This document shows positions 51,039 through 61,279 of a stretch of DNA of 64,000 bases, piece by piece. Numbering within the stretch: position 1 is the stretch's first letter; each line of letters begins with the position of its first letter. Source of the DNA: an uncultured Candidatus Rokubacteria bacterium (lineage in GTDB: Bacteria > Methylomirabilota > Methylomirabilia > Rokubacteriales > CSP1-6). The stretch is from assembly GCA_963747235.1 (NCBI GenBank), contig CAVVEU010000031.1:83467-147466 (forward strand). Direction: 5' to 3'. The notes beneath the pieces were generated by a model. The model made no database searches. It saw only the letters and a list, made by a program, of their open reading frames with translations, and was not told the origin of the DNA. Position numbers and translations under genes: made by a program.

Positions 51039-52995
51039 ATGCCGGTCACGCGATTCGAGATCACGCTGCGGCGTCCCGTTGCCGGCGCTCCCGGGTACGA
51101 AGAGCTGAAGGGGCGGCTGCACTTCGCCATCGATCCGCTGCACGCGGCCAATCGCCGCATCACCGACGTGGAGCTGGCCCCGCGCGACGCGCAGGGGCGC
51201 GTGACGTGGGACTCGGACGTGTCCATCCTGCTGCCGGTGGATCGCGCGCGGTGCAGCGGGCGCGTGCTCCTCGACGTGGTCAATCGCGGCAACACGGTCG
51301 CGGTGCCCAACTTCAACCGCGCCACGCGGCCCGCCTTCGGGCCCGGGTCGGACCCGAACCCGCCGGTGGACGTGGGCGACGGCTTCCTGATGACGCGGGG
51401 CTGGGTGGTGATCTCCTGCGGCTGGCAGGGCGACCTGCCGCGCGTGCCCGGGCTCATCGGCATGCGGACGCCCGAGGCGCGCGACGCCCAGGGCCGGCCG
51501 CTGCGCGGCCGGATCTACACCCAGCTGCAGTCCACCGGTCCGGGGGCCGTCTTCCTCCTCTCCGACCGCGGGCACGTGCCGTACCCCGCCGCGGACCTGG
51601 AGGAAGCCGACGCGCTCCTCACCGTGCGCGATCAGCCGGACGGGCCCGCGACCACGATCCCGCGGTCGCGCTGGCGCTTCGCCCGCGTGGACGGCGGCCG
51701 CGTGGTCCCCGACGCCGATCACATCCATCTCGACGGCGGCATCGAGACGGGGCGGCTCTACCAGATCACCTACACCGCGGTGGGCGCGCCGGTGCAGGGG
51801 CTCGCGATGGCGGCGCTGCGCGACAGCGTCGCCTGGCTCAAGCACGGCGGCGCCGAGGCGGGCAATCCCGCGCCGGGGCGCCTCCGGTGGGCCTACGGCT
51901 ACGGGCGCTCCCAGACCGGGCGGCTCCTGCGCACGCTGATCTACGAGGATCTCAATCAGGACGAGCAGGGGCGCGAGGCGCTCGACGGCGTCATCGCCAA
52001 CGTGGCGGGCGGCATGCGCGGCGAGTTCAACCAGCGGTTCGGCCAGCACTCCAAGGACCGCAACAACATGATGGCGCATCTCTTCCCGTTCACCGATCAG
52101 CCGCAGGCCGAGCCGGAGACGGGCGCGAAGGACGCGCTGCACGCCCGGCTCGACGCGCGCGGCAGCCGGCTGCGCGTGTACTACACGAACAGCTCGGCCG
52201 AGTACCACCGGGGCGACGCCTCGCTGATCCACACCGATCCCGACGGCACGCGCGACGTGGCGCCCGGGCCCTACACGCGCGTGTACCACTTCGCGGGGAC
52301 GGAGCACGGCCTCGGCATCTGGCCGCCCACCGACGCGCAGCCGGCGCCCGCCGATCCCGACCGCGCCGGTCGAGCGCTCGCAGAACCTCCGCGGCGTGGC
52401 CGACTACTCGGTGCTGCTGCGCGCCTGCCTGGTGAGCCTCGACCGCTGGGTGGTGGAGGGCGTCGAGCCGCCGCCGAGCCGTCACCCGCGCCTGGCCGAC
52501 GGCACCGCGGTGCCGCCCGACCGCCTCGCGCCCGCCTTCGCGCGGATCCCCGCCGCCCGCTACCCGCGCCACAACCCGCGGCCGCGCCGGCTCGACTGGA
52601 GCGCGCTGCCGCCCACGCCGGGCAAGCCCTTCGGCTCCCTCGTCTCCGCGGTGGACGGCGACGGCAACGAGATCGGCGGCATCGTCCTGCCGGAGATCGC
52701 GGTGCCGCTGGCCGCGCACACCGGCTGGAACCTGCGGCACCCGGACATCGGCGGCGCCGAGCAGCTCCTGATGTTCGCGGGCGCCGTGCTTCCCCTGCCG
52801 CGGAATCGCGCCGAGCGCGAGGCCACCGGCGATCCGCGCCTGTCGGTCGCGGAGCGCTACGCATCGCGCGAGGCGTATCTCGACCGCGTGCGGCAGGCCG
52901 CGGAGGCCCTGGCCCGCGAGGGCTACATGCTGGCGGACGACGTGCCGCTCTCGGTGGCCGCGGGCGCGCGCTTCTGGGATCACTTCACTCGCTGA
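51039..52995 (+). CDS. Alpha/beta-hydrolase-domain protein (+1 frameshift near 52365)
   Basis: VVNRG, GWQGD, nucleophile-like GRSQTG, EYH..ASL, VD.DGNE.GG, TGWN, ERY. Confidence 0.75.
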
Positions 52996-53009
52996 CGATC
53001 GGAGACCCC

Positions 53010-54221
53010 ATGTACGACCTCCTGCTCAAGGGCGGCACCGTGCTCGATCCTTCCATGAAGCTCGACGGCAGGCAGGACGTGGCGGTGCAGGGGGGCGCCA
53101 TCGCCCGCGTCGCGCCGGACATCGCGGAGACCGAGGCCGCGCGCGTGATCGACGTCCGCGGACGGACCGTGGTGCCCGGCCTGATCGACCTGCACGCCCA
53201 CGTGTTCGAGGGCATCAATCGCACCGGCGTGAACCCGGACCTGGGCGGCGTCTACGCGGGCGTCACCACCATCGTGGACGCGGGCAGCGCGGGGGCGGCC
53301 ACCTTCGCGGGCTTCCCCCGCCACATCCTGCCCCACTGCCACACCGAGGTGATCCCGTTCCTCCACATCTGCCAGACCGGGCTGGCCACCATGCCCGACA
53401 TCATCGCGGAGAGCAGCATCAACCTCGACGACACCCTGAAGGTGGTGGACCAGCACAAGCATCTGATCCGCGGGATCAAGGCGCGCATGGTCTCGCCCGC
53501 GCTCGAGATCATGGGCATGGAGATGCCGAAGCTGGCCAAGCGGGCCGCGAAGGAGAGCGGCGTCAAGCTCATGGTGCACATCGGCGACACCGAGAAGCGC
53601 TACGACCCGAAGGTGATCCGCTCGCTGCTGCCGATCCTCGAGAAGGGCGACATCCTCACCCACTACTTCACCGCCAACCCGGGCGGCGTCCTCGACGGCA
53701 ACGGCAAGCTGGTGCCCGAGGTCAAGGAAGCGGCCGACCGCGGCGTGTGGTTCGACACCGCGCACGGGCGCATGAACTTCAGCTTCGACGTGGGCCGCCG
53801 CGTGATCGAGCAGGGCGTGCTCCCGCACTGCATCAGCACCGATCTCACCGTGCCCGGCCGCGTGATGACCGTGCACAGCATGACCGAGATGATGACGCGC
53901 TTCCTGGGCCTGGGCTTCACGCTGCCGCAGGTGGTGACGATGTGCACCGCCAATCCCGCGAAGGCGGCGGGCGTGGACGACCGCCTCGGCAGCCTCGCGG
54001 TGGGCCGGCAGGCCGACATCTCGGTGCTCGACATCCGCCCCGGCGACTGGATGGTCTACGACGTCCTGGGCGCCGGGCTGCGGGTGGACCGCGCGGTGGT
54101 CCCGTTCGTGACCGTCAAGAAGGGGCGCGTGTTCACCCCCGACTGGGGCCCGCGCACGTGGGGCTGGGAGCCGGACCGGGCATTGCCCGCGGGCGGGCCC
54201 ATCCGGGGAGGGTGCTGCTGA
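53010..54221 (+). CDS. Amidohydrolase/dihydroorotase-like metallohydrolase
   Basis: PGLIDLHAH, DAGSAG, MVH, LTH, AHG, ISTD, TANPA; GGAG SD. Confidence 0.9.
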   Translation: MYDLLLKGGTVLDPSMKLDGRQDVAVQGGAIARVAPDIAETEAARVIDVRGRTVVPGLIDLHAHVFEGINRTGVNPDLGGVYAGVTTIVDAGSAGAATFAGFPRHILPHCHTEVIPFLHICQTGLATMPDIIAESSINLDDTLKVVDQHKHLIRGIKARMVSPALEIMGMEMPKLAKRAAKESGVKLMVHIGDTEKRYDPKVIRSLLPILEKGDILTHYFTANPGGVLDGNGKLVPEVKEAADRGVWFDTAHGRMNFSFDVGRRVIEQGVLPHCISTDLTVPGRVMTVHSMTEMMTRFLGLGFTLPQVVTMCTANPAKAAGVDDRLGSLAVGRQADISVLDIRPGDWMVYDVLGAGLRVDRAVVPFVTVKKGRVFTPDWGPRTWGWEPDRALPAGGPIRGGCC

Positions 54222-54868
54222 TGCTGGTCCTGCCGGAGTGGTCGAGCCTCGGGTTCTTCATGCTCGCGGCGCTGGTGCTGCTGCTGACGCCCGGCCCCGC
54301 GGTCCTCTACATCGTCACGCGCAGCATCGATCAGGGCCGGCGCGCCGGCCTGGTCTCGGTGCTGGGCGTGCACGTGGGCACGCTGGCCCACATCTTCGCG
54401 GCCGCCGCCGGCATCTCCGCGGTGCTCGCCGCCTCCGCCACCGCGTTCAGCGTGGTGAAGTACCTGGGCGCGGCCTATCTCATCTTCATCGGCGTGCGGC
54501 GCCTGCTCGACCGCACGCCGCTGGGCGCGGTCACGCCGGGCGAGCCCAGGCGCCTGCGCCGCGCCTTCACGGACGGCGTGATCGTCAACGTCCTGAACCC
54601 GAAGACCGGCCTCTTCTTCCTCGCCTTCCTGCCCCAGTTCGTGACGGTCTCACGGGGGCACGTGGGCGAGCAGATCGTGGCGCTGGGCGTGGTCTTCGTG
54701 CTGCTGGGCGCGATCACGGACTCGCTCTACGCGATCGGCGCCGGGTCCGCCGCGCAGTGGCTCCGCGGCAGCCCGCGCTTCCTGGCCAGCGAGCGCTGGA
54801 TCTCGGGCAGCCTCTATATCGGCCTGGGCGTGGCGGCCGCGCTGTCGAGCAACCAGCAGGGGAAGTAA
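54221..54868 (+). CDS. LysE/RhtB family exporter
   Basis: TPGPAVLY, KYLGAAYL, NVLNPKTGLFFLAFLPQFV. Confidence 0.93.
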   Translation: MLVLPEWSSLGFFMLAALVLLLTPGPAVLYIVTRSIDQGRRAGLVSVLGVHVGTLAHIFAAAAGISAVLAASATAFSVVKYLGAAYLIFIGVRRLLDRTPLGAVTPGEPRRLRRAFTDGVIVNVLNPKTGLFFLAFLPQFVTVSRGHVGEQIVALGVVFVLLGAITDSLYAIGAGSAAQWLRGSPRFLASERWISGSLYIGLGVAAALSSNQQGK

Positions 54869-54880
54869 CGGCGCGGCGCG

Positions 54881-55000
54881 CTACTGGCGCGCGGGCCGGC
54901 GGGGGCGCCGGCGCGGCGGGCGCTTGATCCGCTGGTCGTCGTCGGGTCCGGGCCCTTGGGGCTGATCGCCCGCGTAGTCTTCGGTCTCCTCGATCGTCAT
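54881..55000 (-). CDS. Putative 39-aa microprotein (acidic N-half, Arg/Pro C-half)
   Basis: [39 protein letters not shown], immediately downstream of a sigma54-like motif. Confidence 0.45.
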   Translation of the reverse strand: MTIEETEDYAGDQPQGPGPDDDQRIKRPPRRRPRRPARQ

Positions 55001-55012
55001 GCCGTGCCCAAG

Positions 55013-55028
55013 AGCAAGGCATATGCCC
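55013..55028 (-). promoter_or_regulatory. Sigma54-type -24/-12 promoter
   Basis: GGGCATATGCCTTGCT, GG-N10-GC. Confidence 0.55.
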
Positions 55029-55262
55029 GCGTCCTATCAGGCGTTCATGGGCTCGAAGGCCCGGATCGCGGGGGTTCACGCCGCTCGGGGCGGGAAGGCA
55101 CTGCCCGGTAAGACTGGCCACCCGGAAGTCCCTGCCGAGACATCCCGGCGGCCCGATGGCAGGCGTGGTAAGGTACGGACCTTACGCCGACTGACGGAGA
55201 GGGCTGAGCGGCGAACGGAGGGCGGTTGTGGCTCGTCGCCTTCCCATGGAAGATCGCAGACA

Positions 55263-56459
55263 ATGAATTGCCAGGATGCCCGGGAGCAATCGTCTGCCCC
55301 GCCACGCGGCGGGACGGGCCTGACGGAGCGAGCGCTCGAGCACGCCCATGTGGTCCAGTGCGCGGACTGCCAGGCGGAGCGCGCGTCACTCCAGCTCGTG
55401 GCCAGCTCCCGCCCGCCGGTCGAGCCGTCCCGCGAAGCCGTCACCGCTCACCTGATCGGGCAGGTTCGTCCCGTGATCACGCGCGTGGCCCCCTCGCTGC
55501 TCTGGCTCCGCTCGTCGTCGCGGAGCGCATTCCAAGGGGCCGCGCGCGCTGTGCGTGAGGCCACCGGTACCGAGGCGACGCGGATCCTCGGCTTCCTGAC
55601 CCGGCTCGGCGTGCTGGTGTCGAGCTCGCTGACCGTGTCCGGGCGAGCGATCGCGGCGGTGTCGGCATTGCTCGCCGTGGTGGTGCGACGGCTGCCGACA
55701 CTCTTCGTCCCGTCGGCTCGAGCCGCCGCGGGCTTGATCGGACGCGCGCGATCCGGGAGTGCGCGCGTCCCGCGCCTGCTGATCCCGCTCGGCTCGGCGG
55801 TGATGATCGCGGGCCAAGGGGCGGCGCGCGCCGCGAGCGTGGCTGCCGGCGCGGTGCTCGGCCTGGTGTCGCGCTCCTTCGGGGAGACCATCGGCGCGGC
55901 GGGTAGGGGGCTCACGGCCAGCCGGGTCGGCGCCATGCGGACTCGCGACGTGATCTTCCGGGTCGCCGGCCGAGTGCCCGCGCTTCTTGCGCCATCCGCG
56001 CGCGCCGTCGGGCACATCGTCGGGACGATTCCCGCCCGCGCCTGGGCCCATCCCAGGATCTGCGCCGGGATCGCGAGCGTGGCCGTCCTCGTCGCGGCGA
56101 TCCTGTTCCTGGGGCCGCGTCAGTGGCCCGACAATCTCGTGCCCCGGCTCTCGCCGGGCGAACGGCTGTTGCGAGACGTTCGTCTGCCCCTTGACCGCAA
56201 GCCGGTCGAGCCAATCGCGGCGACGCCGCTCGTCCAGGTCACGCCGCCCAGGCCTGCCCCCGGACCTCAGCCGGTCCCGACTCCGCGCGTCGCGGCGCCC
56301 GAGACGTACGCCGCGATCCCGGCGCCGGTGCGAAGGGCGCCCGCGTCCGCGCCGCTGCCGTCCACGGAAGCGACGCCGGGCGCGGACGCGTCGGACCCGA
56401 CCGCGGCGATCGACTGGCTCCTGAAAGGGAGCGGCCGGCGACACGCCGAGAGCCCGTGA
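55263..56459 (+). CDS. Hypothetical membrane protein with N-terminal zf-HC2 (anti-sigma-like) motif
   Basis: MNCQDARE...HAHVVQCADC (Hx3Cx2C), TM segment IASVAVLVAAILFLG, Pro-rich tail. Confidence 0.55.
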   Translation: MNCQDAREQSSAPPRGGTGLTERALEHAHVVQCADCQAERASLQLVASSRPPVEPSREAVTAHLIGQVRPVITRVAPSLLWLRSSSRSAFQGAARAVREATGTEATRILGFLTRLGVLVSSSLTVSGRAIAAVSALLAVVVRRLPTLFVPSARAAAGLIGRARSGSARVPRLLIPLGSAVMIAGQGAARAASVAAGAVLGLVSRSFGETIGAAGRGLTASRVGAMRTRDVIFRVAGRVPALLAPSARAVGHIVGTIPARAWAHPRICAGIASVAVLVAAILFLGPRQWPDNLVPRLSPGERLLRDVRLPLDRKPVEPIAATPLVQVTPPRPAPGPQPVPTPRVAAPETYAAIPAPVRRAPASAPLPSTEATPGADASDPTAAIDWLLKGSGRRHAESP

Positions 56460-56528
56460 GCACAATTCCGCGCACGATCAATTCGGAGGCGATAGAATTC
56501 TTCGTGCAAGCCTCGGACATTCCAGCAT

Positions 56529-56604
56529 AGGCGGGTAGCTCAGCTGGGAGAGCACGGCCTTTACACGGCCGGGGTCGGGAGTTCGATCCTCCCCCCGCCT
56601 ACCA
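56529..56604 (+). tRNA. tRNA-Val (anticodon TAC)
   Basis: Acceptor stem AGGCGGG/CCCGCCT-A-CCA, D arm GCTC/GAGC, anticodon arm CGGCC-TT-TAC-AC-GGCCG, T loop TTCGATC. Confidence 0.97.
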
Positions 56605-56746
56605 TCAATCGCCCGAGCCCACGCGATTCTGCGGTCCCCGTGCCTTCGTCGCCTAGTTGGACCTTGGTCCACTCGCGGGGCCGCGACTGCCGTGTACCGA
56701 TCGGAACAGTCAGCCAGGTGGCCCGAGGTGTAGGCTCCGACCACAC

Positions 56747-56893
56747 ATGGACGGCGACGTCTTGCGGAGACTCCGGAAGTCGATGCGATTGACTCAGGCC
56801 CAGATGGCTGAGCTGATCCGGATGCCCGTGGCCACGGTGAAGAAACTGGAAGCCAAACCGCTCGCCATGCCCCGGAGGAAGATTTCTCGATGA
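56747..56893 (+). CDS. Small XRE-type HTH protein (48 aa)
   Basis: LRRLRKSMRLTQAQMAELIRMPVATVKKLE; ATGA overlap with the next gene. Confidence 0.65.
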   Translation: MDGDVLRRLRKSMRLTQAQMAELIRMPVATVKKLEAKPLAMPRRKISR

Positions 56894-57285
56894 GGCTCGC
56901 CGGGATTGCACTCGCCCTTTTGCTGACGGCCGCCGCGGCGTCGGCACAGCCGATGGTTCCGATCCAGGACGTGGCGAGCCTTGCGGGCAAGTGGGTGGGC
57001 CCGGGCGGCCTCGGCGCGCCGGGGAGCATTGCGTCGGTCACCGTGGAGCAGACGAACAATCCGGATGGAACCTACCAGGCGATCGTCACCCTGCTGTCGG
57101 GCGAGCGCGTGCCCGTGCAGGGCACGATGCAGGCGCTCCGCGACGGCACCGTGGCCTACGACGGGCTGTCGAACACCGGCATCTATCGGCTCCACGTGGT
57201 CAACGGGCAACGGGTGATCCGGGCGGAGGCGAGGAACAAGGCCACCGGGGCGCCGTCGTGGGCGGAGCTGACGGAAGCAAAGTAG
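56890..57285 (+). CDS. Secreted hypothetical protein
   Basis: Signal peptide (ASA-Q), SLAGKWVG, beta-rich composition. Confidence 0.75.
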   Translation: MRLAGIALALLLTAAAASAQPMVPIQDVASLAGKWVGPGGLGAPGSIASVTVEQTNNPDGTYQAIVTLLSGERVPVQGTMQALRDGTVAYDGLSNTGIYRLHVVNGQRVIRAEARNKATGAPSWAELTEAK

Positions 57286-57322
57286 CCGGTTTCCCGCGCC
57301 GGACCCTTAGAATGGGGCCGGA

Positions 57323-57973
57323 ATGAGCGATTCACTGCCCATCCGCGAGGTCATCCTGCGGGATTTCGAGGCGCTCATCGCGTTCTGCGAGTCCCTCCTG
57401 TCCGACGCGAAGCAGAAGTTTCCCAATCGGGTGCGGTCGGCCGAGCTGATGCTCCGGGCGAGAAACCTCATCCGACGAGCCTGCGGGGAAGGCTCCGAGC
57501 ACTACCGGGTGTTGCTGGAGCTCGCGAGGATCGACCAGCCCGCTGCCTACGTGCCGCGCCTCCAGGGGGTGCTCCTCGCGGCCGCCAGTGACTTTGGAGA
57601 GGGCCGGTTCTTCGAGTTCCGGCACGTGATCGAGGCCGAGGTGCTCGGCAGCTTCATCGACCAGGCGGAGACCCTGCTCGCCGCGGGTCACCATCTCCCC
57701 GCGGCATCGTTGACCGGCGCGGTGCTCGAGCGGGCGCTCAGGAAGCTGTGCGAGGCGCGCGGGATCACCCCGCCGTCGGCGAGCACGATCGACAGCCTCA
57801 ATGCCGACCTGGCCAAGGCGGGCGCCTACGGCACGCGCGCGCAGGAGCGCATCACCGTGCTGGCCGCCCTGCGGGACAGCGCGGACCAGGGCAAGGCGGA
57901 GGCCGTCCCGCGAGACGACGTGGAAGGCATGGCCCGGTGGGTCCGGGCGTTCGCCGCCGACTCACTCGGATAG
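57323..57973 (+). CDS. HEPN/DUF4145-like domain protein
   Basis: QAETLL..G..AASLTGAVLERALRKLC and LRDSADQG at the Rx4H position; TAGAAT 9 nt before ATG. Confidence 0.62.
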   Translation: MSDSLPIREVILRDFEALIAFCESLLSDAKQKFPNRVRSAELMLRARNLIRRACGEGSEHYRVLLELARIDQPAAYVPRLQGVLLAAASDFGEGRFFEFRHVIEAEVLGSFIDQAETLLAAGHHLPAASLTGAVLERALRKLCEARGITPPSASTIDSLNADLAKAGAYGTRAQERITVLAALRDSADQGKAEAVPRDDVEGMARWVRAFAADSLG

Positions 57974-57991
57974 CTTCAGACGGTCGGCGTC

Positions 57992-59359
57992 TCAACCCCG
58001 CTGGAGCAGGATCGGGAGCACGCTGGCCGCGATGATGCCGGCCGGCGCCACGTAGCGCAGCAGGAGCACGAGCGCGCGGGCCGCCGACGGGCCGAGCCGT
58101 AGCTCGGCGGCCAGCAGCCGCGCCGGCATCACCCAGCCGCCGAAGAGCGCCAGCCCGAGCCCCCCCACCGGAAGCAGCACGTTCGAGGTGACGTGATCCA
58201 GCGCTCCGAACACGGTGAGGGGCGCCAGACCCGGCAGCCAGGCGAGCGGGCGCCAGCCCGCCCAGACGTTGAACGACAGGACGGAGGCGAGCCCGAGCGC
58301 CCAGCAAAAGGCCCCGGCCACCAGCGCGGCCCGGCGGCGGGACCACCCCAGCCAGCGATGGACGAGCGCGACCGGCATCTCGAGCAGCGACATCGCCGAG
58401 GCCAGCGCCGCGAGGCTCAGCAGGACGAAGAACGCGATCGCGGCGGCGGCGCCGAGCGGGACGCGCGCGAAGGCCAGCGGCAGCGTCACGAACATCAGCC
58501 CGGGCCCGCTCGAGGGATCCAGCCCTTCCGCGAAGACGACCGGGAACACCGCCAGGCCGGCGAGGAAGGAGATGGCGGTGTCGCTCAGGATCGTGACGAT
58601 CGCCACGGTGCGCAGATCGAAGTCGGCGCCCGCGTAGGCCGCGTACGTGACCATGACCGCGAGGCCCACGCCGATCGAGAAGAATCCGAGGCCCAGGGCC
58701 TCGAGCGCGGACCGCGCGGACAGGTGGCCCGGGTCGAACGAGAAGAGGAATCGCAGCGCGGCGTACGCGTCGCCGTGGGTGGTGGAATGGATCGCGAGGA
58801 GGACGACGAGGACGATCAGGATCGGCATGAGATAGAGGGAGGCGCGCTCGATCCCGGCCGCGATCCCGCGCGCGACCACCGCCGCCGTGGCCGCCATGAA
58901 GAGGGTGTGGTAGATCGTCATGCGCAGCGGCGAGGCGAGGAGCGCGTCGTAGCGGGCCTGCACCGCTTGGGCGGTGGCGCCCGGCAGCCCGTCGCGGATG
59001 GTGTCCACGACGTAGGCGAGCGCCCAGCCGCCGATCACCGAGTAGAAGCTCAGGATGAGCACCGCCCCGACCACGCCCACCATGCCGATGGCGGCCCAGG
59101 AGGCCGACGCCCGGCCGGCCACCGCGACCGCCGCGATGCTGCCCACCGCGTCCGAGCGGCCGCGGCGCCCGATCGCGAACTCGACGAGCATCAGGGGGAA
59201 GACGATCAGCCCCAGTCCCAGCAGGTAGAAGACGACGAAGCCGCCGCCCCCGTTGACGCCGACCTCGTAGGGGAACTTCCAGATGCTGCCCAGCCCGATC
59301 GCCGACCCCATCGCGGCGAAGATGAAGCCGGCGCGACTCGTCCAGCGCTCGGGGCTCAA
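57992..59359 (-). CDS. Sodium-dependent transporter (NSS/SNF family)
   Basis: GSAIGLGSIWKFPY..NGGGGF, SFYSVIGGW, GPGLMFVTLP. Confidence 0.93.
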   Translation of the reverse strand: MSPERWTSRAGFIFAAMGSAIGLGSIWKFPYEVGVNGGGGFVVFYLLGLGLIVFPLMLVEFAIGRRGRSDAVGSIAAVAVAGRASASWAAIGMVGVVGAVLILSFYSVIGGWALAYVVDTIRDGLPGATAQAVQARYDALLASPLRMTIYHTLFMAATAAVVARGIAAGIERASLYLMPILIVLVVLLAIHSTTHGDAYAALRFLFSFDPGHLSARSALEALGLGFFSIGVGLAVMVTYAAYAGADFDLRTVAIVTILSDTAISFLAGLAVFPVVFAEGLDPSSGPGLMFVTLPLAFARVPLGAAAAIAFFVLLSLAALASAMSLLEMPVALVHRWLGWSRRRAALVAGAFCWALGLASVLSFNVWAGWRPLAWLPGLAPLTVFGALDHVTSNVLLPVGGLGLALFGGWVMPARLLAAELRLGPSAARALVLLLRYVAPAGIIAASVLPILLQRG

Positions 59360-59601
59360 CGCGGCGGCGGGTTGCGGAGTTCCGCCCGGACGCGGACGAG
59401 GCCGAAGGAGAGGATCGCGCCCACCAGGAGCACCGCCGCGGTCATGCCCATGATGAAGCCCTCGAGCTCATGGGCCGGGGTCCGGCCACCCGCCACGAAC
59501 ACGAACGCGGCGACGGCGTGCACGGCGCTGAGGGTGCCCAGAATCCACACCGCGATCGGCCGCGGCGCGCGGTGCGGTGCCTCCGACACGTGGATGCCCA
59601 T
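59356..59601 (-). CDS. Small two-TM membrane protein
   Basis: GGAGG SD before ATG 59601, two hydrophobic helices, TTGA overlap with the transporter. Confidence 0.7.
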   Translation of the reverse strand: MGIHVSEAPHRAPRPIAVWILGTLSAVHAVAAFVFVAGGRTPAHELEGFIMGMTAAVLLVGAILSFGLVRVRAELRNPPPR

Positions 59602-59623
59602 GTGCCCTCCGGTGCCCGACGCA

Positions 59624-59640
59624 TGCACCGAGCGTGCCGG
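59624..59640 (-). promoter_or_regulatory. Sigma54-type promoter
   Basis: CCGGCACGCTCGGTGCA, GG-N10-GC, about 24 nt upstream of ATG 59601. Confidence 0.6.
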
Positions 59641-59781
59641 AGTGCCGGACAAGAGAAATCAGGACGTTCGGCGCGACTCGATGGGACCACTGGGGCGCGG
59701 CCATCCCAGGTCGGGGCGCCCGTGCCGCATTCTGCGCGATTTGATCTGGGCCGGCTTCGGAGCGATGATTCGCAGAGCCCG

Positions 59782-61183
59782 ATGAGCGCGCCCCGCGTCC
59801 TGATCGTCGACGATGAGCCCGACATGCTCGAGAACTGCTCCCGCATCCTGTCGCGCCAGGGCTATGCGTGCACGACGGCCGGAAACGGGGCCGCCGCGCT
59901 CGCGATCCTCGAGCGAGAGCGGCCGGACCTGATGCTGACCGACTTCAGGATGCCGGGCATGGACGGGCTGACGCTCCTCCGGCGCGCCCACGAGATCGAT
60001 CCCGCGTTGCCCATCATCGTGATCACCGGGTTCGCGACCATCGAGTCGGCGGTGGCCGCGGTCAAGGAGGGGGCGTTCGACTACCTCCCGAAGGACTTCT
60101 CGGTGGATCAGCTTCGCGTCGCGGCCGAGCGCGCCCTCCGGCACCGGGGCCTCCAGGTCGAGAACCGAAACCTGCGCCAGCAGCTCCAGCAGGCCCTGGG
60201 CCTCGAGAACATCGTGGGCCGCAGCCCCGCCATGGCGCAGGTGTTCGAGCTGGTGAAGAAGGCGGCGCGGTCGGAGGCGAACATCCTGATCCTCGGCGAG
60301 TCCGGCACGGGCAAGGAGCTGATCGCGCGCGCCATCCACGCCAACAGCCCGCGCGCGAGCCAGCCGTTCGTGCCGGTCGACTGCGCGTCGCTGCCCGAGC
60401 ATCTCCTCGAGTCCGAGCTCTTCGGTCACGAGAAGGGCGCGTTCACCGGCGCGGTGCGGACCAAGGCCGGGCTGATGGAGACGGCCCACCGGGGCACGCT
60501 CTTCCTCGACGAGATCGCCGAGCTGCCCGCCCCCCTCCAGGTGAAGCTGCTCCGCGTGCTGCAGGAGCGGCAGATCCGGCGAGTGGGCGGCACCGCGCTG
60601 GTGGACGTGGACGTGCGGGTCGTCTCGGCGACCAACCGCGACCTGACCGACGCCATCGCGAAGGGCCAGTTCCGGGAGGAGCTCTTCTACCGCGTCAACG
60701 TCATCGCCATCCACCTGCCTCCGCTGCGGGAGCGGGCGGGGGACGTGCGCCTCCTCGCGCACACCTTCCTCAAGCGCTACGGCCAGGGGCGGGTCATCGC
60801 GATGGACGACGCGGTCGTGGAGGCGCTGGAGCGGTACGCGTGGCCCGGGAACGTGCGCGAGCTCCAGAACGTGATGGAGCGGGCGTGCGCGCTGGCCGAT
60901 GGGCTCACCGATCACGGTGGGGGACCTGCCCGATCACGTGGCGCGGGCGGTCTCGCGGCCTCCCGCGCCGTCGGCCGGTCCGGCCTCGCTGGTCGGCCCG
61001 CCGGCGGGGACCGATCTGACGCTCAAGGCCGCGAAGGATCAGTGGCTCCAGGTCCTGGAAGTCTCCTATCTCCGGGACCTGCTGGCCCGTCACGACGGCA
61101 ATGTCTCGTCCGCCGCCAAGGCCGCCGGCATCGACCGCAAGACGTTCCATCGGCTGATCAACAAGTACGACCTGCGAGCCTAG
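59782..61183 (+). CDS. NtrC-family sigma54 response regulator (+1 frameshift near 60910)
   Basis: REC domain, GESGTGKE, GAFTGA, FLDEI, WPGNVREL; Fis-type HTH GNVSSAAKAAGIDRKTF in the shifted frame. Confidence 0.95.
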
Positions 61184-61279
61184 CCGTACCGGGGCGCGAC
61201 TGTCCCAGCGTGGAGGCGCCGCCTCATGTCCCGGCGTGCTGCACCGTTCCAACCATCTGGTTTTATTGTCTTCCTCGGC

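Noticed and set aside
51039-54221. Hydrolase-amidohydrolase fusion (also NtrC-USP 59470-62274 and TPR 44131-48594)
   Set aside because: Each arises from a single frameshift followed by read-through in a GC-rich off-frame; separate starts and stops are visible.
55167-55184. Guanidine-II riboswitch (ACGG-loop hairpin)
   Set aside because: Only one hairpin is present, the closing pair is not G-C, and there is no guanidine-related downstream gene.
56529-59359. Intact integrative element or prophage at tRNA-Val
   Set aside because: No integrase, phage genes or duplicated tRNA 3' end was found.
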